A stretch of 64,000 nt of DNA. It comes from an uncultured archaeon (GTDB taxonomy: Archaea; Nanobdellota; Nanobdellia; Pacearchaeales; GW2011-AR1). The number at the start of each line of letters is the position of its first letter. Within the stretch, counting starts at the first letter, position 1. This document shows positions 1 to 9,548 of this stretch, one piece after another. The stretch spans positions 3,088-67,087 of the forward strand of contig CAIKWG010000045.1 of assembly GCA_903831045.1 (NCBI GenBank), read 5' to 3'. The position numbers and the translations under genes were made by a program. The notes beneath the pieces are model-generated. The model was not told where the DNA came from, ran no database searches, and saw nothing but the letters and a program-made list of their open reading frames with translations.

Positions 1-360
1 AGAAGTTCTCCTCAAACCTATATTATTTGGAATCCTCGAACAATTCGAGCGATGTCCATCCTGCAAGAAACTCTTTTTGTAAATTCATTTGAGGCACTAA
101 AAGTAGGTGGAGAAATAATATACTCCACTTGTACTCATGCTCCAGAAGAAAACGAAGAAGTAATAGACAGATTTCTAAAAAAGCTAGGAAACAGAATAGA
201 AGTCATGGATTTTGAACTTCCAGTTAGAACACGACCAGGAATTACAAGTTGGGAAAATAAAGAATATGATAAAAGAGTGGTAAAAGCAAAAAGAGTCTAT
301 CCTCAGGATAATGACACAGAAGGATTTTTTGTATCTAAATTTAGGAAGGTGAAACCATGA
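1..360 (+). CDS. RNA cytosine-C5 methyltransferase, NOL1/NOP2/Sun family (C-terminal fragment, 5' end outside window)
   Basis: Frame 1 is open from base 1. 'GGEIIYSTCTHAPEENEEVI' and C-terminal 'TEGFFVSKF' resemble the conserved TC-motif and tail of Sun-family m5C methyltransferases. Confidence 0.6.
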   Translation, partial: RSSPQTYIIWNPRTIRAMSILQETLFVNSFEALKVGGEIIYSTCTHAPEENEEVIDRFLKKLGNRIEVMDFELPVRTRPGITSWENKEYDKRVVKAKRVYPQDNDTEGFFVSKFRKVKP

Positions 361-833
361 TTCCAACAATAAACTTTTTCAATTCAAAAGAAAATAAAGC
401 ATTTCTAGAACAGTTGAAAGAACAATTTGGAATTACTAAACTTCCAGGAAGAGTTACAAAGATAGGAAAAGAAAAAATATTTCTATTTGCAGGAAATCTT
501 GAAGAAGACAAAATAATGAAAATGCAAAAACTTATCCCAATTGAAAGAATTGGTATCTATCTTGCAAAAGAATTTGAAAGAGAATACAGACTTTCAATCG
601 AAGGAACACAAATACTAAAAGATCAAATAACAAAAAACGTTATTGAATTGAACGAAGAACAGAAAGAAACTTGGATGATGGGCCATGAATTACTAATGAA
701 AACAGATAAAAAAGGCTTTGTCATAATAAAATATAAAGAAGACATGCTTGGAACAGGTAAAGCATCGGAAGAAAAAATAGCAAACTTCATTCCAAAATCA
801 AGAAGACTGAAAGATAAAACAATTGAAAAATAA
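357..833 (+). CDS. PUA-domain protein, Nip7-like (tentative)
   Basis: ATGA overlap with the upstream methyltransferase. C-terminal 'KGFVIIKYKEDMLGTGKA...NFIPKSRRL' resembles a PUA domain of Nip7-type proteins. Confidence 0.4.
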   Translation: MIPTINFFNSKENKAFLEQLKEQFGITKLPGRVTKIGKEKIFLFAGNLEEDKIMKMQKLIPIERIGIYLAKEFEREYRLSIEGTQILKDQITKNVIELNEEQKETWMMGHELLMKTDKKGFVIIKYKEDMLGTGKASEEKIANFIPKSRRLKDKTIEK

Positions 834-834
834 A

Positions 835-1713
835 ATGGATAAAGAACAAATAATTAAGGCAGGGAAAATAGCTCAAGAAGTAAAGGTTTATGCACGATCG
901 ATCATAAAAAAAGACATGCTTCTTCTAGAAATTGCAAATAAGATAGAAGAAAAAATATTTGAACTTGGTGGAGAACCAGCTTTTCCAACAAATCTTTCAA
1001 TAAATGAAATAGCAGCTCATTACACTCCAACCTACGATGATGACACCAAAGCATCAGGATTGCTAAAGGTAGATTTAGGAGTTCAGGTTAATGGTTGGGT
1101 TGCAGATACAGCTTTTTCTCTAGACCTAGAAAATTCAGACGAAAATAAAAAATTAATTGAAGCTGCAGAAGATGGACTTAAAGCAGCAGAAAAAATACTT
1201 TCATCAAAAGCAACTCTCTCACAGATAGGAGAAGCAATAGAAACTGCAATAAATAAAAAAGGATTTAATCCAGTTTCAAATCTTTCCGGACATTCAATGG
1301 AAGAATATGATTTGCATGCAGGAATTACAATTCCAAATGTAAAGAATAATGCAACTTCTGAACTTGGAGAAGGATTGTTTGCAATAGAACCATTTGCAAC
1401 TTCGGGAACAGGAAGAATCTACGACGGAAAACCTTCTGGAATTTATCAGTTAGTTAGTGGAAAAAGTATTAGAAATCCAAATTCAAGAGAAATTTTAGAA
1501 TATATTACTGATTATTATTCAACACTTCCATTTGCTTCTAGATGGCTAGTTGAAGAATTTGGAACAAAGGCATTAATTGCTCTAAAACAATTAGAACAAA
1601 ATGAAAATGTTCTTCAGTTTAATCAATTGGTAGAATCAAGCAAAGCGAAAGTAGCTCAAGCAGAAAATACTTTCATCATTGAAAAAGATAAAGTTATCAA
1701 AACAAGTGAGTAG
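835..1713 (+). CDS. map: Methionine aminopeptidase, type 2 (M24)
   Basis: First ATG is at 835 (track start 823 is TTG). Motifs 'AAHYTP', 'GHSMEEYDLHAG' and 'FAIEPFATSG' are present, and the size is typical of archaeal MetAP2. Confidence 0.85.
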   Translation: MDKEQIIKAGKIAQEVKVYARSIIKKDMLLLEIANKIEEKIFELGGEPAFPTNLSINEIAAHYTPTYDDDTKASGLLKVDLGVQVNGWVADTAFSLDLENSDENKKLIEAAEDGLKAAEKILSSKATLSQIGEAIETAINKKGFNPVSNLSGHSMEEYDLHAGITIPNVKNNATSELGEGLFAIEPFATSGTGRIYDGKPSGIYQLVSGKSIRNPNSREILEYITDYYSTLPFASRWLVEEFGTKALIALKQLEQNENVLQFNQLVESSKAKVAQAENTFIIEKDKVIKTSE

Positions 1714-1729
1714 ATTAACTAATAAAAAA

Positions 1730-2374
1730 TTATTTCTTAGAGAATACAAAAACATTCCAAGCTGTATCCTTTACAGGCAAATCAGTAAAAGGAATAATCT
1801 CTTTTTGCATTAAATCCCTTGCAAAAGCGGTCTTGAAAGCGCTTATAGAATGTTCTGTGTAAGTTAAATAAAATTTTGTACCAGAATTAAATTTTTTTAA
1901 AAAATTGTATGCAGCTTTTGCATCTCGAATACAATCATAAAATAAAGAATTTGAAAGATAGACTTTATTAAACTTAGAAAAATTTGGCCTCACTCTAAAA
2001 AAATTTCCTTCCTTCAGAGTTAAATGTTCTAAATTATTTTTGACTAATTCGGGGTTTATGTTAGAAAAATATTCATTTCTAAGCCCATAATTTGGTAGAT
2101 ACTTACCACAATCATTTCTCCCAATAGCTAAAGACCTAAAAAAAGAAAGATCGCTATCTTGAGAATTTTTTAAATCCTTAATTCTTGCTTCTACAAAAGC
2201 TAATTGATAAGGATTGTAATCTACAGCACAAACCTTAGCCCCATGTTCAATGAACATAAAAGGCACATCTCCCCCCCCACAGATAGAATAAATATTGTCT
2301 TCTGGTGAAGGTTTTAATCCTTCTCTAATTGCAAAAATGTTTTCATTAGTAACAGGAAATCTGCAAGATATCAT
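1730..2374 (-). CDS. SAM-binding-fold protein, DUF3419/BtaA-like (tentative)
   Basis: 'SICGGGDVPFMF...AKVCAVDYNPYQLAFVEARIKDL' resembles the N-terminal region of the DUF3419 family. The match is weak and by eye only. Confidence 0.35.
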   Translation of the reverse strand: MISCRFPVTNENIFAIREGLKPSPEDNIYSICGGGDVPFMFIEHGAKVCAVDYNPYQLAFVEARIKDLKNSQDSDLSFFRSLAIGRNDCGKYLPNYGLRNEYFSNINPELVKNNLEHLTLKEGNFFRVRPNFSKFNKVYLSNSLFYDCIRDAKAAYNFLKKFNSGTKFYLTYTEHSISAFKTAFARDLMQKEIIPFTDLPVKDTAWNVFVFSKK

Positions 2375-2427
2375 AAAAAAAGTTTACAATACAGAATATA
2401 TAAAGTTAATTATAATAGAAAAATCAA

Positions 2428-2841
2428 TTATTTTTCTCCCCTAATCTTCTCAGCTACTTCATCCAACTTACTAAAATTCTCTGATGCTCCAAGAAACCAT
2501 AACTTAAGTTTATCTTCTTTATATCTTGGAAAAACATGAAAATGAATATGCATAACTTCCTGTCCTGCAGCAACTCCAGAATTATTTAGGATATTAATTC
2601 CTTCTGCATTTAGTTTATCTTTTAACATTAGGCTAATTCTTTTACAAGATTTGTTTAATCCTGCAATAACTGATTCAGAAACATCAAACATATTTTCATA
2701 ATGCTTCTTAGGAATAACAATTGTATGCCCATCACAAATAGGATCAATACTCAAAAAAGCCAAATAATTCTCATCTTCCCAAATCTTATTACAAGGAATT
2801 TCCCCATTTGCAATTTTACAGAATATACAATCTTCAGCCAT
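2428..2841 (-). CDS. HIT-family (histidine triad) nucleotide hydrolase
   Basis: Histidine triad 'HIHFHVFPR' and N-terminal 'CIFCKI'; 137 aa. Confidence 0.85.
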   Translation of the reverse strand: MAEDCIFCKIANGEIPCNKIWEDENYLAFLSIDPICDGHTIVIPKKHYENMFDVSESVIAGLNKSCKRISLMLKDKLNAEGINILNNSGVAAGQEVMHIHFHVFPRYKEDKLKLWFLGASENFSKLDEVAEKIRGEK

Positions 2842-2875
2842 AAATAAACAAGAAAAAAAGAGTTTTTAGTTTTTT

Positions 2876-3076
2876 CTAATTTAATTTAGAATAATAATCA
2901 GTATCATACTTTTTATAAAAAGTAACTAATCTATTTCGATTGTCAATATAATCAAGAGTATCTTTTAATTTTTCTTTTGTTCTATCCAATGTGTTTTCAA
3001 TACCTTCCAACATCTTCATTACTAAATTGTAAAATTCTTCTTCAGACAAATCTTCTAAATTAGGCTTAATCTCCAT
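2876..3076 (-). CDS. Hypothetical small acidic/helical protein
   Basis: ORF only. Track start 3121 is TTG, and the first ATG gives 'MEIKPNLEDL...'. Confidence 0.3.
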   Translation of the reverse strand: MEIKPNLEDLSEEEFYNLVMKMLEGIENTLDRTKEKLKDTLDYIDNRNRLVTFYKKYDTDYYSKLN

Positions 3077-3123
3077 AATTTCAAAACAAATTAACAGTTT
3101 AAAAGAATTATTGTAATGCAAGT

Positions 3124-3735
3124 TTAACTTTTTATTGAAAAAAAGAGGCCGGAAATACCCAAAACAAAAAGAATAACGCCTAGCACTCCAAATGATGAAG
3201 AGCTAAGACCAGTTACAGCTCCAGTAAAACTATTAACTCCAACAGCCAGTCCTGCAAAGGTAGCAATCCCAAAAATAGAAGTTAAAATCTTATTTGTAAG
3301 ATTATTTCCTTTATGTTCTTCAAGAAAATCAGTAATAAGTTTTTCATTTTTTGCTGGAATTTTCATTCCAGATTCTATTCCTGTATTGTAAGCCTTTTGC
3401 AATCTTCTCACAACAGAATTTCTATTCCCATAACCCATTCTATCATAAAGAATTGCTCCCATATGTGCTACAATAGGATTATTTTCCTTGACTCCTGTTT
3501 TTAGTAATTCTTCTGCTACGGCCAAAGCTTCTCCAGTTTCTTCATCTCTGAATTTTTCCCCCTTCGCCCACTTGGTCACATAATATTCAGCTTTATTTGG
3601 CAATTCAAATTCTAAAGGGACAGAAAATAAACCAACTTTTAATAAAAATTTTTGATAATCATCGGACTTAGAGTTTTTGTAATGCTCATACTCTTTTTTA
3701 TAACCTTTTTTAAAATTATCACTCACCTTAGACAT
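3124..3735 (-). CDS. Hypothetical protein with hydrophobic C-terminal anchor
   Basis: 203-aa ORF. The C-terminal ~50 aa are hydrophobic ('ILTSIFGIATFAGLAVGV...VILFVLGISGLFFSI'). No recognisable catalytic motif. Confidence 0.4.
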   Translation of the reverse strand: MSKVSDNFKKGYKKEYEHYKNSKSDDYQKFLLKVGLFSVPLEFELPNKAEYYVTKWAKGEKFRDEETGEALAVAEELLKTGVKENNPIVAHMGAILYDRMGYGNRNSVVRRLQKAYNTGIESGMKIPAKNEKLITDFLEEHKGNNLTNKILTSIFGIATFAGLAVGVNSFTGAVTGLSSSSFGVLGVILFVLGISGLFFSIKS

Positions 3736-3765
3736 TAATAGAATAAATTATTATTATTTATATAT

Positions 3766-6081
3766 TTAACCTAAATAACCATCATCTTTTCTGTCTGTTG
3801 CTGATTTTGCAGATTTGATAAAGCTCTCTTCCATTTTCTTGTAAGTTTCAATTGATCTCTTAGTTACACTTGGATTTACCTTTGTCAAAGCTTCATCAAA
3901 ATGTTTCTTAAATACTTCCTTAGAGTTTATATCCTCACGAAGAGCAATCATTGCTGCTTCACGAACCAACCCCTCAATATCTGCACCTGTGAATCCATCC
4001 AACTCTTCTGCAAAATGTTTAAGGTTTACATTTTTAGCGAGAGGCATATTTCTAGTGTGAATCTTAAGAATAGTTTCTCTTCCTTCTACTCCTGGAGCAT
4101 TTACTAAAAGTATCTTATCAAATCTTCCCGGTCTCAGTAATGCAGTATCTAACATGTCGGGTCTATTTGTAGCTCCAATAATTAAAACATCAGTCATTTC
4201 TTCAAGGCCATCCATCTCTGCTAATAATTGATTCAGAACTCTTTCAGTAACCTTTTGCCCACTGTCCATTCCTCTTTTCCCTGCAAGTGAATCTATTTCA
4301 TCAAAGAAAATAATACATGGAGCAACTTGTCTTGCTCTTTCAAAAATCTTTCTAACTCCTTCTTCAGATTTACCAACCCACATGCTTAACAGTGAAGGAC
4401 CCTTAACCTGTATGAAGTTAGCTTCTGATTCTTTTGCTACCGCTCTTGCTAACAGAGTTTTACCTGTTCCAGGAGGGCCATAAAGTAAAATTCCTCTAGG
4501 AGGTCTAATTCCCATTCTCTTAAAACTTTCAGGATGCTTCATTGGCCATTCAACCGCTTCCTGCAAATCTTGTTTGATTGAATCTAATCCACCAACCTGC
4601 TCCCACCCAACATTTGGAGTCTCAACAAGAACTTCTCTCATTGCAGAAGGTCTAACAACTCTCAAGGCATCCTTGAAATCTTTTTGATAAACAATTAATT
4701 GTTCTAATATTTCCTTAGGAATTTCTTCCTCATCTAATTTAATTTTATTAAGATTTTTTCTTAAAACCACCATTGCAGCTTCTTTAGTTAAAGATTCTAA
4801 ATCTGCACCAACAAATCCGTGAGTCAGAGAAGAAATATCCTTCAGATTAACATCTTTTGCAAGAGGCATTCCTCTTGAATGAATTTTTAGAATTTGCAAT
4901 CTTCCATCTTTATTTGGAACTCCAACTTCAATTTCTCTATCAAATCTTCCTGGTCTTCTCAAAGCTTCATCAAGAGCATTGATTCTATTTGTTGCACCAA
5001 TAACAATAACTTTTCCTCTAGCCTTAAGCCCATCCATCATTGTTAAAATCTGAGAAACAACTCTTCTTTCAACTTCTCCCTGAACATCTTCTCGCTTCGG
5101 AGCAATTGCATCAATTTCATCAATAAAGATTATTGAAGGTGCATTTTTTTCAGCTTCTTCAAAAATAGTTCTAATTTTCTTTTCAGATTCTCCATAAAAT
5201 TTAGACATAATCTCTGGACCGTTTAATAAAATAAAATGTGCTTCTGTTTCGGTTGCCACAGCTTTTGCTAATAAAGTTTTACCTGTTCCGGGAGGACCAT
5301 ATAACAATACTCCTTTAGGGGGAGTAATCCCAAGTCTATTAAAAATTTCTGGATGCTTCATAGGAATTTCAACCATTTCTCTTATTTTTTTAATTTCTTC
5401 ATTTAATCCTCCGATATCTTCATAATGAATCTCTTGAATATTCTCTTCAACAACATCTACTGCCTTCGGATTAAGTATTACTTCAGTATTCTCGCTTACA
5501 ATAACAGGAACATTAGATGGGGTTGTGTTCACTACTAAAAATTTAAGATTGGTTACTCCTCCTCCAAAATTTCCAAAACCAAATCCTCCAAGAATATCTC
5601 CAAGATTACCGAAAAGATCATCTATTTCTCCCCCTTCTCCTCCGCCCATTAAATCTTGTCTTTTTTGAACACCACCAATTACTACCATATCTCCCTTAAC
5701 AAAACTTCTACCAAGAAGTCCCCTTCTTAAACTATCGGGGTCTCCTTGAACCATTAATCCTTTTTGTGCAGGAGCGATTGTAACTTTTTTTGCTTCCTTA
5801 ATATCTGCTTTAGAAACAAGAATTTCATCTCCAATACCTGTTCTAGCATTTTTTCTTTGAATTCCATCTATTCTTATAATTCCTTCACCAACATCTGCAG
5901 GATATGCTTTATCTACAATCGCTACACTAATTTTAGTTCCATTAATTAGAATAAAATCTCCTCTCTTAACTCCGAGAGTTCTCATAACTTCAGGGTCTAT
6001 TCTTGCAATTCCTTTGTAAGCATCATCTTGCAATGCTTCGGATACTTTTAATTTAACTTCTACATTTTTTGTTTTTTCCAT
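3766..6081 (-). CDS. cdc48: Cdc48/VCP-type AAA+ ATPase (two AAA domains)
   Basis: Two Walker A motifs 'GPPGTGKT' and Walker B motifs 'IIFIDEIDA' and 'IIFFDEIDS'. N-domain '[23 protein letters not shown]'; 771 aa. Confidence 0.95.
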   Translation of the reverse strand: MEKTKNVEVKLKVSEALQDDAYKGIARIDPEVMRTLGVKRGDFILINGTKISVAIVDKAYPADVGEGIIRIDGIQRKNARTGIGDEILVSKADIKEAKKVTIAPAQKGLMVQGDPDSLRRGLLGRSFVKGDMVVIGGVQKRQDLMGGGEGGEIDDLFGNLGDILGGFGFGNFGGGVTNLKFLVVNTTPSNVPVIVSENTEVILNPKAVDVVEENIQEIHYEDIGGLNEEIKKIREMVEIPMKHPEIFNRLGITPPKGVLLYGPPGTGKTLLAKAVATETEAHFILLNGPEIMSKFYGESEKKIRTIFEEAEKNAPSIIFIDEIDAIAPKREDVQGEVERRVVSQILTMMDGLKARGKVIVIGATNRINALDEALRRPGRFDREIEVGVPNKDGRLQILKIHSRGMPLAKDVNLKDISSLTHGFVGADLESLTKEAAMVVLRKNLNKIKLDEEEIPKEILEQLIVYQKDFKDALRVVRPSAMREVLVETPNVGWEQVGGLDSIKQDLQEAVEWPMKHPESFKRMGIRPPRGILLYGPPGTGKTLLARAVAKESEANFIQVKGPSLLSMWVGKSEEGVRKIFERARQVAPCIIFFDEIDSLAGKRGMDSGQKVTERVLNQLLAEMDGLEEMTDVLIIGATNRPDMLDTALLRPGRFDKILLVNAPGVEGRETILKIHTRNMPLAKNVNLKHFAEELDGFTGADIEGLVREAAMIALREDINSKEVFKKHFDEALTKVNPSVTKRSIETYKKMEESFIKSAKSATDRKDDGYLG

Positions 6082-6605
6082 TATTCTTCTTCTCCAATTT
6101 CAATATCATTTTCATTTTCATCTTTGTCTATTTTAATTAATTGTTTTTTATTTCTTTCTGGATGCGCAGAATCAGAAAATTCTCTCGCATGCAAAACTGG
6201 TTTATTATTTTTAACAACATGAACTTCTCTAGATTTAATAACTCTTGAATTTGGTTCTCCTTCTTCACTGGTATTAAACATTAATCTAAGTCTTCCTGCA
6301 TTTTCAAAGGAGAGTCTAACCATGTCATCAATCATGCTTTCCTGATCTCTCATAAAGTCTACAATCTCACGCGGAATTGAAACAGCATAGGAATTTCCAA
6401 CCATCCTCATCTTAACATTAAATTCTTTCTGTTTAAGTCTCATAAAATTTTCATATTCAGCTTTATCCTGAGGATGAACAATAGCTTCTCCACATTTAGC
6501 ACATTTTTTTGCTCTTAGATTAAAACCATTTTTAGAAATAAGTACGGTCTCCATAGGTTTTTCACAATGCTTGCATAAAATCTGATTGTCAAATATATCC
6601 ATCAT
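6081..6605 (-). CDS. Zinc-ribbon + SpoVT/AbrB-like domain protein
   Basis: 'CKHCEKP...CAKCGE' zinc ribbon, '[16 protein letters not shown]' AbrB-type motif and an acidic tail. Its stop codon shares base 6081 with the cdc48 ATG (TAATG). Confidence 0.55.
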   Translation of the reverse strand: MMDIFDNQILCKHCEKPMETVLISKNGFNLRAKKCAKCGEAIVHPQDKAEYENFMRLKQKEFNVKMRMVGNSYAVSIPREIVDFMRDQESMIDDMVRLSFENAGRLRLMFNTSEEGEPNSRVIKSREVHVVKNNKPVLHAREFSDSAHPERNKKQLIKIDKDENENDIEIGEEE

Positions 6606-6702
6606 GTGTATACAGATAAGTGTATACTATTTAAATGTTTTGATAAACTTCCATTTAAATTATACACAAAATTTTAAAAACAAATCTCTTCCTTAATGTA
6701 AT

Positions 6703-7053
6703 ATGAATCTAAAAAAAATATTAGAAAATAAAAAAATTCAACTAAAGTTTAAAAAAATTAATCCAAATGAGATATTCGAAGAAGAATTATCCAAGATTTC
6801 CTTAAATTATCAAGAACAAAAAAATTTTGAAAAATACGCATTAGATGAAAGAGGCGTTCATCCATTATTTGATAAATATATTTCTGCATTTAAAAAAGTG
6901 GATGAAATACTTTTAAACCTCTCATGGGACGATGCAAGAAAATATGTTTCTTTAATGAATAGAGAAACAAATAGAGCTTTTTACTTTTCCACAATAAAAG
7001 GACTCTGGAAATGTAAAGGACCTTCTCCAGATATAGAAATTGGCCATGAATAA
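6703..7053 (+). CDS. Hypothetical protein
   Basis: 116-aa ORF with an ATG start in an otherwise empty interval. No motif recognised. Confidence 0.35.
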   Translation: MNLKKILENKKIQLKFKKINPNEIFEEELSKISLNYQEQKNFEKYALDERGVHPLFDKYISAFKKVDEILLNLSWDDARKYVSLMNRETNRAFYFSTIKGLWKCKGPSPDIEIGHE

Positions 7054-7092
7054 ATCCACCAACCTTAAAAACTAATAAATCTTTTCTATTAA

Positions 7093-7728
7093 ATGGAAAA
7101 AAGAGGGTCAAAATTTAAGAATTTCTGGAAAAAGTTTTGGTTTACAGTTTGGGGAGATAATTCATTTAAGGGTTGGATAATCTCTATAATATTTTTGTTT
7201 CTTCTAATCAAATTAGTTTTCTTCCCATTAATGAGTTTAACAACTGGAACAAAATTACCTCTGGTTATTGTAGAATCATGCTCGATGCATCATCAAGACA
7301 CAATCTTTGGAAATTTTGATAGTTGGTGGTCAAGACATGAATTGAAATATTTTAAGGTTGCAATTGATATAAATGAATTTGAAACTTTCACAATGAAAAA
7401 AGGATTTACCAAGGGAGACATTCTTTTTGTAACAGGAGTTAAACCAGAAAAAATTAAGGTAGGAGATATAATTATATTCCAAACAGATGGATACAAAACC
7501 CCCATAATTCATAGAGTAATAAGAATATATTCAAAAAATAATCAGACCATTTATAGCACAATGGGAGATAATAATAATGGGCAACTTCCTGCAGAAAAAG
7601 AGATATATGCAAATCAAATTATAGGAAAAGCAAGATTTCAATTAGTACCATATGCTGGTTGGGTAAAATTAATTTTCTATGAACCTCTTAGAGCTCAAAA
7701 TGAAAAGGGAACCTGCACTGAGAATTAA
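7093..7728 (+). CDS. Signal peptidase I (archaeal/Sec11-type S26)
   Basis: N-terminal TM segment, catalytic-Ser box 'VESCSMHH', then 'GDILFV', 'IIHRVI' and 'MGDNN'. Confidence 0.75.
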   Translation: MEKRGSKFKNFWKKFWFTVWGDNSFKGWIISIIFLFLLIKLVFFPLMSLTTGTKLPLVIVESCSMHHQDTIFGNFDSWWSRHELKYFKVAIDINEFETFTMKKGFTKGDILFVTGVKPEKIKVGDIIIFQTDGYKTPIIHRVIRIYSKNNQTIYSTMGDNNNGQLPAEKEIYANQIIGKARFQLVPYAGWVKLIFYEPLRAQNEKGTCTEN

Positions 7729-7826
7729 TAATAATCTCAAAACTCCTCTTTTAAACATTTAGCTCGTGCTTTTAGGGACACTTCATTAAACACAACTTTT
7801 TTAAACAAAAAAAGAGTAGAACATTA

Positions 7827-8141
7827 ATGGAATTTTGTCCCAAATGTGGTGCTGTTTTAGTACATAAAAAAAGTAGTAATGAATGCCCAAGATGTAAATA
7901 TGTAAAGAAAGGCGCAACATCATTAGCAACATCTGAAAAAACTTTTGAAAAAAAAGAGATTGCAATTGTAAAAGACAAAGATAAGGGAATGGATGTAATG
8001 CCAACAACCTATGAAAAATGTCCAAAATGTGGTTGCGATAAAGCATATTTCTGGTCTGTTCAAACACGGGGAAGCGACGAGGCAGAAACAAAATTCTTCA
8101 AATGTGTTAAATGCACTCATACTCGAAGAGATTATAGTTAA
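7827..8141 (+). CDS. tfs: Transcription factor S / RNA polymerase subunit M
   Basis: N-terminal 'CPKCG...CPRC' ribbon. C-terminal TFIIS-type ribbon 'CPKCGC...QTRGSDEAETKFFKCVKC' has the acidic DE loop. Confidence 0.85.
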   Translation: MEFCPKCGAVLVHKKSSNECPRCKYVKKGATSLATSEKTFEKKEIAIVKDKDKGMDVMPTTYEKCPKCGCDKAYFWSVQTRGSDEAETKFFKCVKCTHTRRDYS

Positions 8142-8170
8142 ATTAAAAAGCAATTTCTACAAAGCAACAA

Positions 8171-8179
8171 TTTTTTAAA
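8171..8179 (+). promoter_or_regulatory. TATA-like box upstream of tRNA-Lys
   Basis: 'ttttttaaa' is centred about 28 nt upstream of tRNA position 1. Confidence 0.4.
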
Positions 8180-8202
8180 CTCACTCTTGCTCAAAATACC
8201 AT

Positions 8203-8277
8203 GGCTCCGTAGCTCAGTCTGGTTAGAGCACTGGACTCTTAATCCAGGTGTCGTGGGTTCAACTCCCATCGGGGCCA
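8203..8277 (+). tRNA. tRNA-Lys (anticodon CUU)
   Basis: Hand-folded cloverleaf: GGCTCCG TA GCTC AGTCTGGTTA GAGC A CTGGA CTCTTAA TCCAG GTGTC GTGGG TTCAACT CCCAT CGGGGCC A. All stems pair. CCA is not encoded. Confidence 0.9.
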
Positions 8278-8295
8278 TAGTTCTTTAAAATAAAT

Positions 8296-8359
8296 GGAGT
8301 TGTGGTTGCTGGACTCCTAGAACCCGCTGGAGGTTGTAGTTCAACTCCCATCGGGGCCA
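8296..8359 (+). ncRNA. tRNA-linked conserved element, copy 1 (core plus duplicated tRNA-Lys 3' end); function unknown
   Basis: 8339-8361 is an exact 23-nt repeat of 8257-8279. Core 8296-8338 is ~88% identical to 35371-35413. Candidate 8-bp hairpin 8317-8324/8332-8339 with a 7-nt loop. Confidence 0.4.
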
Positions 8360-8362
8360 TAA

Positions 8363-8370
8363 TTTTTTTT
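8363..8370 (+). terminator. Oligo-T run (T8) after the tRNA-Lys/element unit
   Basis: Eight consecutive T directly after the element. Archaeal RNAP commonly terminates at oligo-T. Confidence 0.4.
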
Positions 8371-8528
8371 AGAATACATTTAAGTTAGTAATAAATTATC
8401 CGAATAATAAAAAGAATAAACTTCCTAATATAAAATATTCTTCAGAATAAATTCAGTTAAAAAACCATTTTATCTTCTAGCTTTTAACTAAACTTCTCAT
8501 TCAAGGGGCAGGTAGTAATCACCTCTAC

Positions 8529-8795
8529 CTATCGTATGATTGATTGAATCTTTTCAATAGCTTCAGCAGCTTCTTGACCTTTCTTAGTGAGTTTGATTAA
8601 TTTTATTCGCCCCTTTTTATCAAACTCAACTAATCCAAGATCTTCTAAGATCTGTAGGATCTTCACTGCGTGGCTATATGTACAATCAACTTCCTTAGCC
8701 AAAACACTACCATACCTCAATCGTGTATTCTTCTTCAGAGAGACCAACATCATTGCTGGCTTTCGTCTGAAAAAGACATCGAAATTGTCTTTCAT
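8529..8795 (-). CDS. Small winged-helix DNA-binding protein
   Basis: 88 aa. 'RYGSVLAKEVDCTYSHAVKILQILEDLGLVEFDKKGR' has an HTH-plus-wing pattern (ArsR/MarR-like). Confidence 0.5.
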   Translation of the reverse strand: MKDNFDVFFRRKPAMMLVSLKKNTRLRYGSVLAKEVDCTYSHAVKILQILEDLGLVEFDKKGRIKLIKLTKKGQEAAEAIEKIQSIIR

Positions 8796-8945
8796 TTTTC
8801 AGATTGGATATTTAATGTATATATCCTGATATATACTTCCTTTTAAACCTTTTCAAAACTCTATGTTCTAACATAGGGTTACAAGATATAGATATTAATC
8901 AGATGAGAAACCAAAATTTATTAACCTCTTTTAATATAAACAATC

Positions 8946-9548
8946 ATGAAAATACTTGCAGTGGGAGACTTACATGGAGATAGTGGCTTAGCAAGAAAAC
9001 TAGCAGAAAAAGCAAAAAAAGAAAATGTAGATCTAGTAATTATAACTGGAGATTTAACTTTTCTAGAACAATCTACTTATCAATTAATTGGACCCTTTGA
9101 AAGAGAAGGAAAAGATGTTTTGATTATTCCTGGAAACCATGAATCTAATGCTACGATGAATTTTTTAGAATCAAAATACATGAAAACAAAAAATATTCAT
9201 GGAGCTCATTCAGAAAAAAACGGAATAGGATTTTTTGGAGTTGGATATGCAACAACTGCAGGACCTTTTGCAATTGAAGAAAAAGAAATGATGCATTTAT
9301 TAAAAAAAGGTCATGAAAAGATTAAGCATTTAGAAAAAAGCATAATGGTAACCCATATGCATCCAGAAGGAAGCTCTTCTGAAAAAACAGGATTTAAGGG
9401 TTCAAGCTCAATAAAAAAAGCAATCAAAGAATTTCAACCAGATGTTGCATTGTTTTCTCATATTCACGAAGCAGGTGGAGTAGAAGATAAAATTGGCAAA
9501 ACAAGATTGATTAATGTTTCAAGAAAAGGAACTATTTTTGAGATTTAA
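8946..9548 (+). CDS. Calcineurin-like metallophosphoesterase
   Basis: Motifs 'AVGDLHGD', 'ITGDLT', 'PGNHE', 'VTHMHP' and 'SHIHEAGG'. Confidence 0.75.
   Translation: MKILAVGDLHGDSGLARKLAEKAKKENVDLVIITGDLTFLEQSTYQLIGPFEREGKDVLIIPGNHESNATMNFLESKYMKTKNIHGAHSEKNGIGFFGVGYATTAGPFAIEEKEMMHLLKKGHEKIKHLEKSIMVTHMHPEGSSSEKTGFKGSSSIKKAIKEFQPDVALFSHIHEAGGVEDKIGKTRLINVSRKGTIFEI

Noticed and set aside
3901-5949. Antisense ORFs inside cdc48 (3901-4107, 5764-5949), and similar ones inside valS (28943-29384, 29875-30088), metG (32944-33690, 34377-34592), mcm (44287-44526, 44971-45219), topA (16137-16367), lig, ftsZ, asnS and others
   Set aside because: They lie entirely within strongly supported genes on the opposite strand. 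Their composition is low-complexity (S/F/L/I-rich) and they carry no motifs. Such shadow ORFs are expected by chance opposite K/E/N-rich genes.
7772-8153. Three overlapping minus-strand ORFs (7772-7978, 7801-8091, 7923-8153) across the tfs locus
   Set aside because: They overlap the well-supported TFS gene, which has two zinc ribbons and the QTRGSDE motif. The antisense translations are hydrophobic junk.
8296-8359. The element downstream of tRNA-Lys (and its twin at 35371-35433) read as a second tRNA, a tRNA pseudogene or a split-tRNA 3' half
   Set aside because: It has no 5' acceptor strand and no sequence able to pair with the 3' T-stem strand (CCCAT / CCGTG). The only 7-nt-loop hairpin has G at the position of U33 and an 8-bp stem. 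The non-tRNA core is conserved between two different tRNAs. I kept it as an unexplained element instead.
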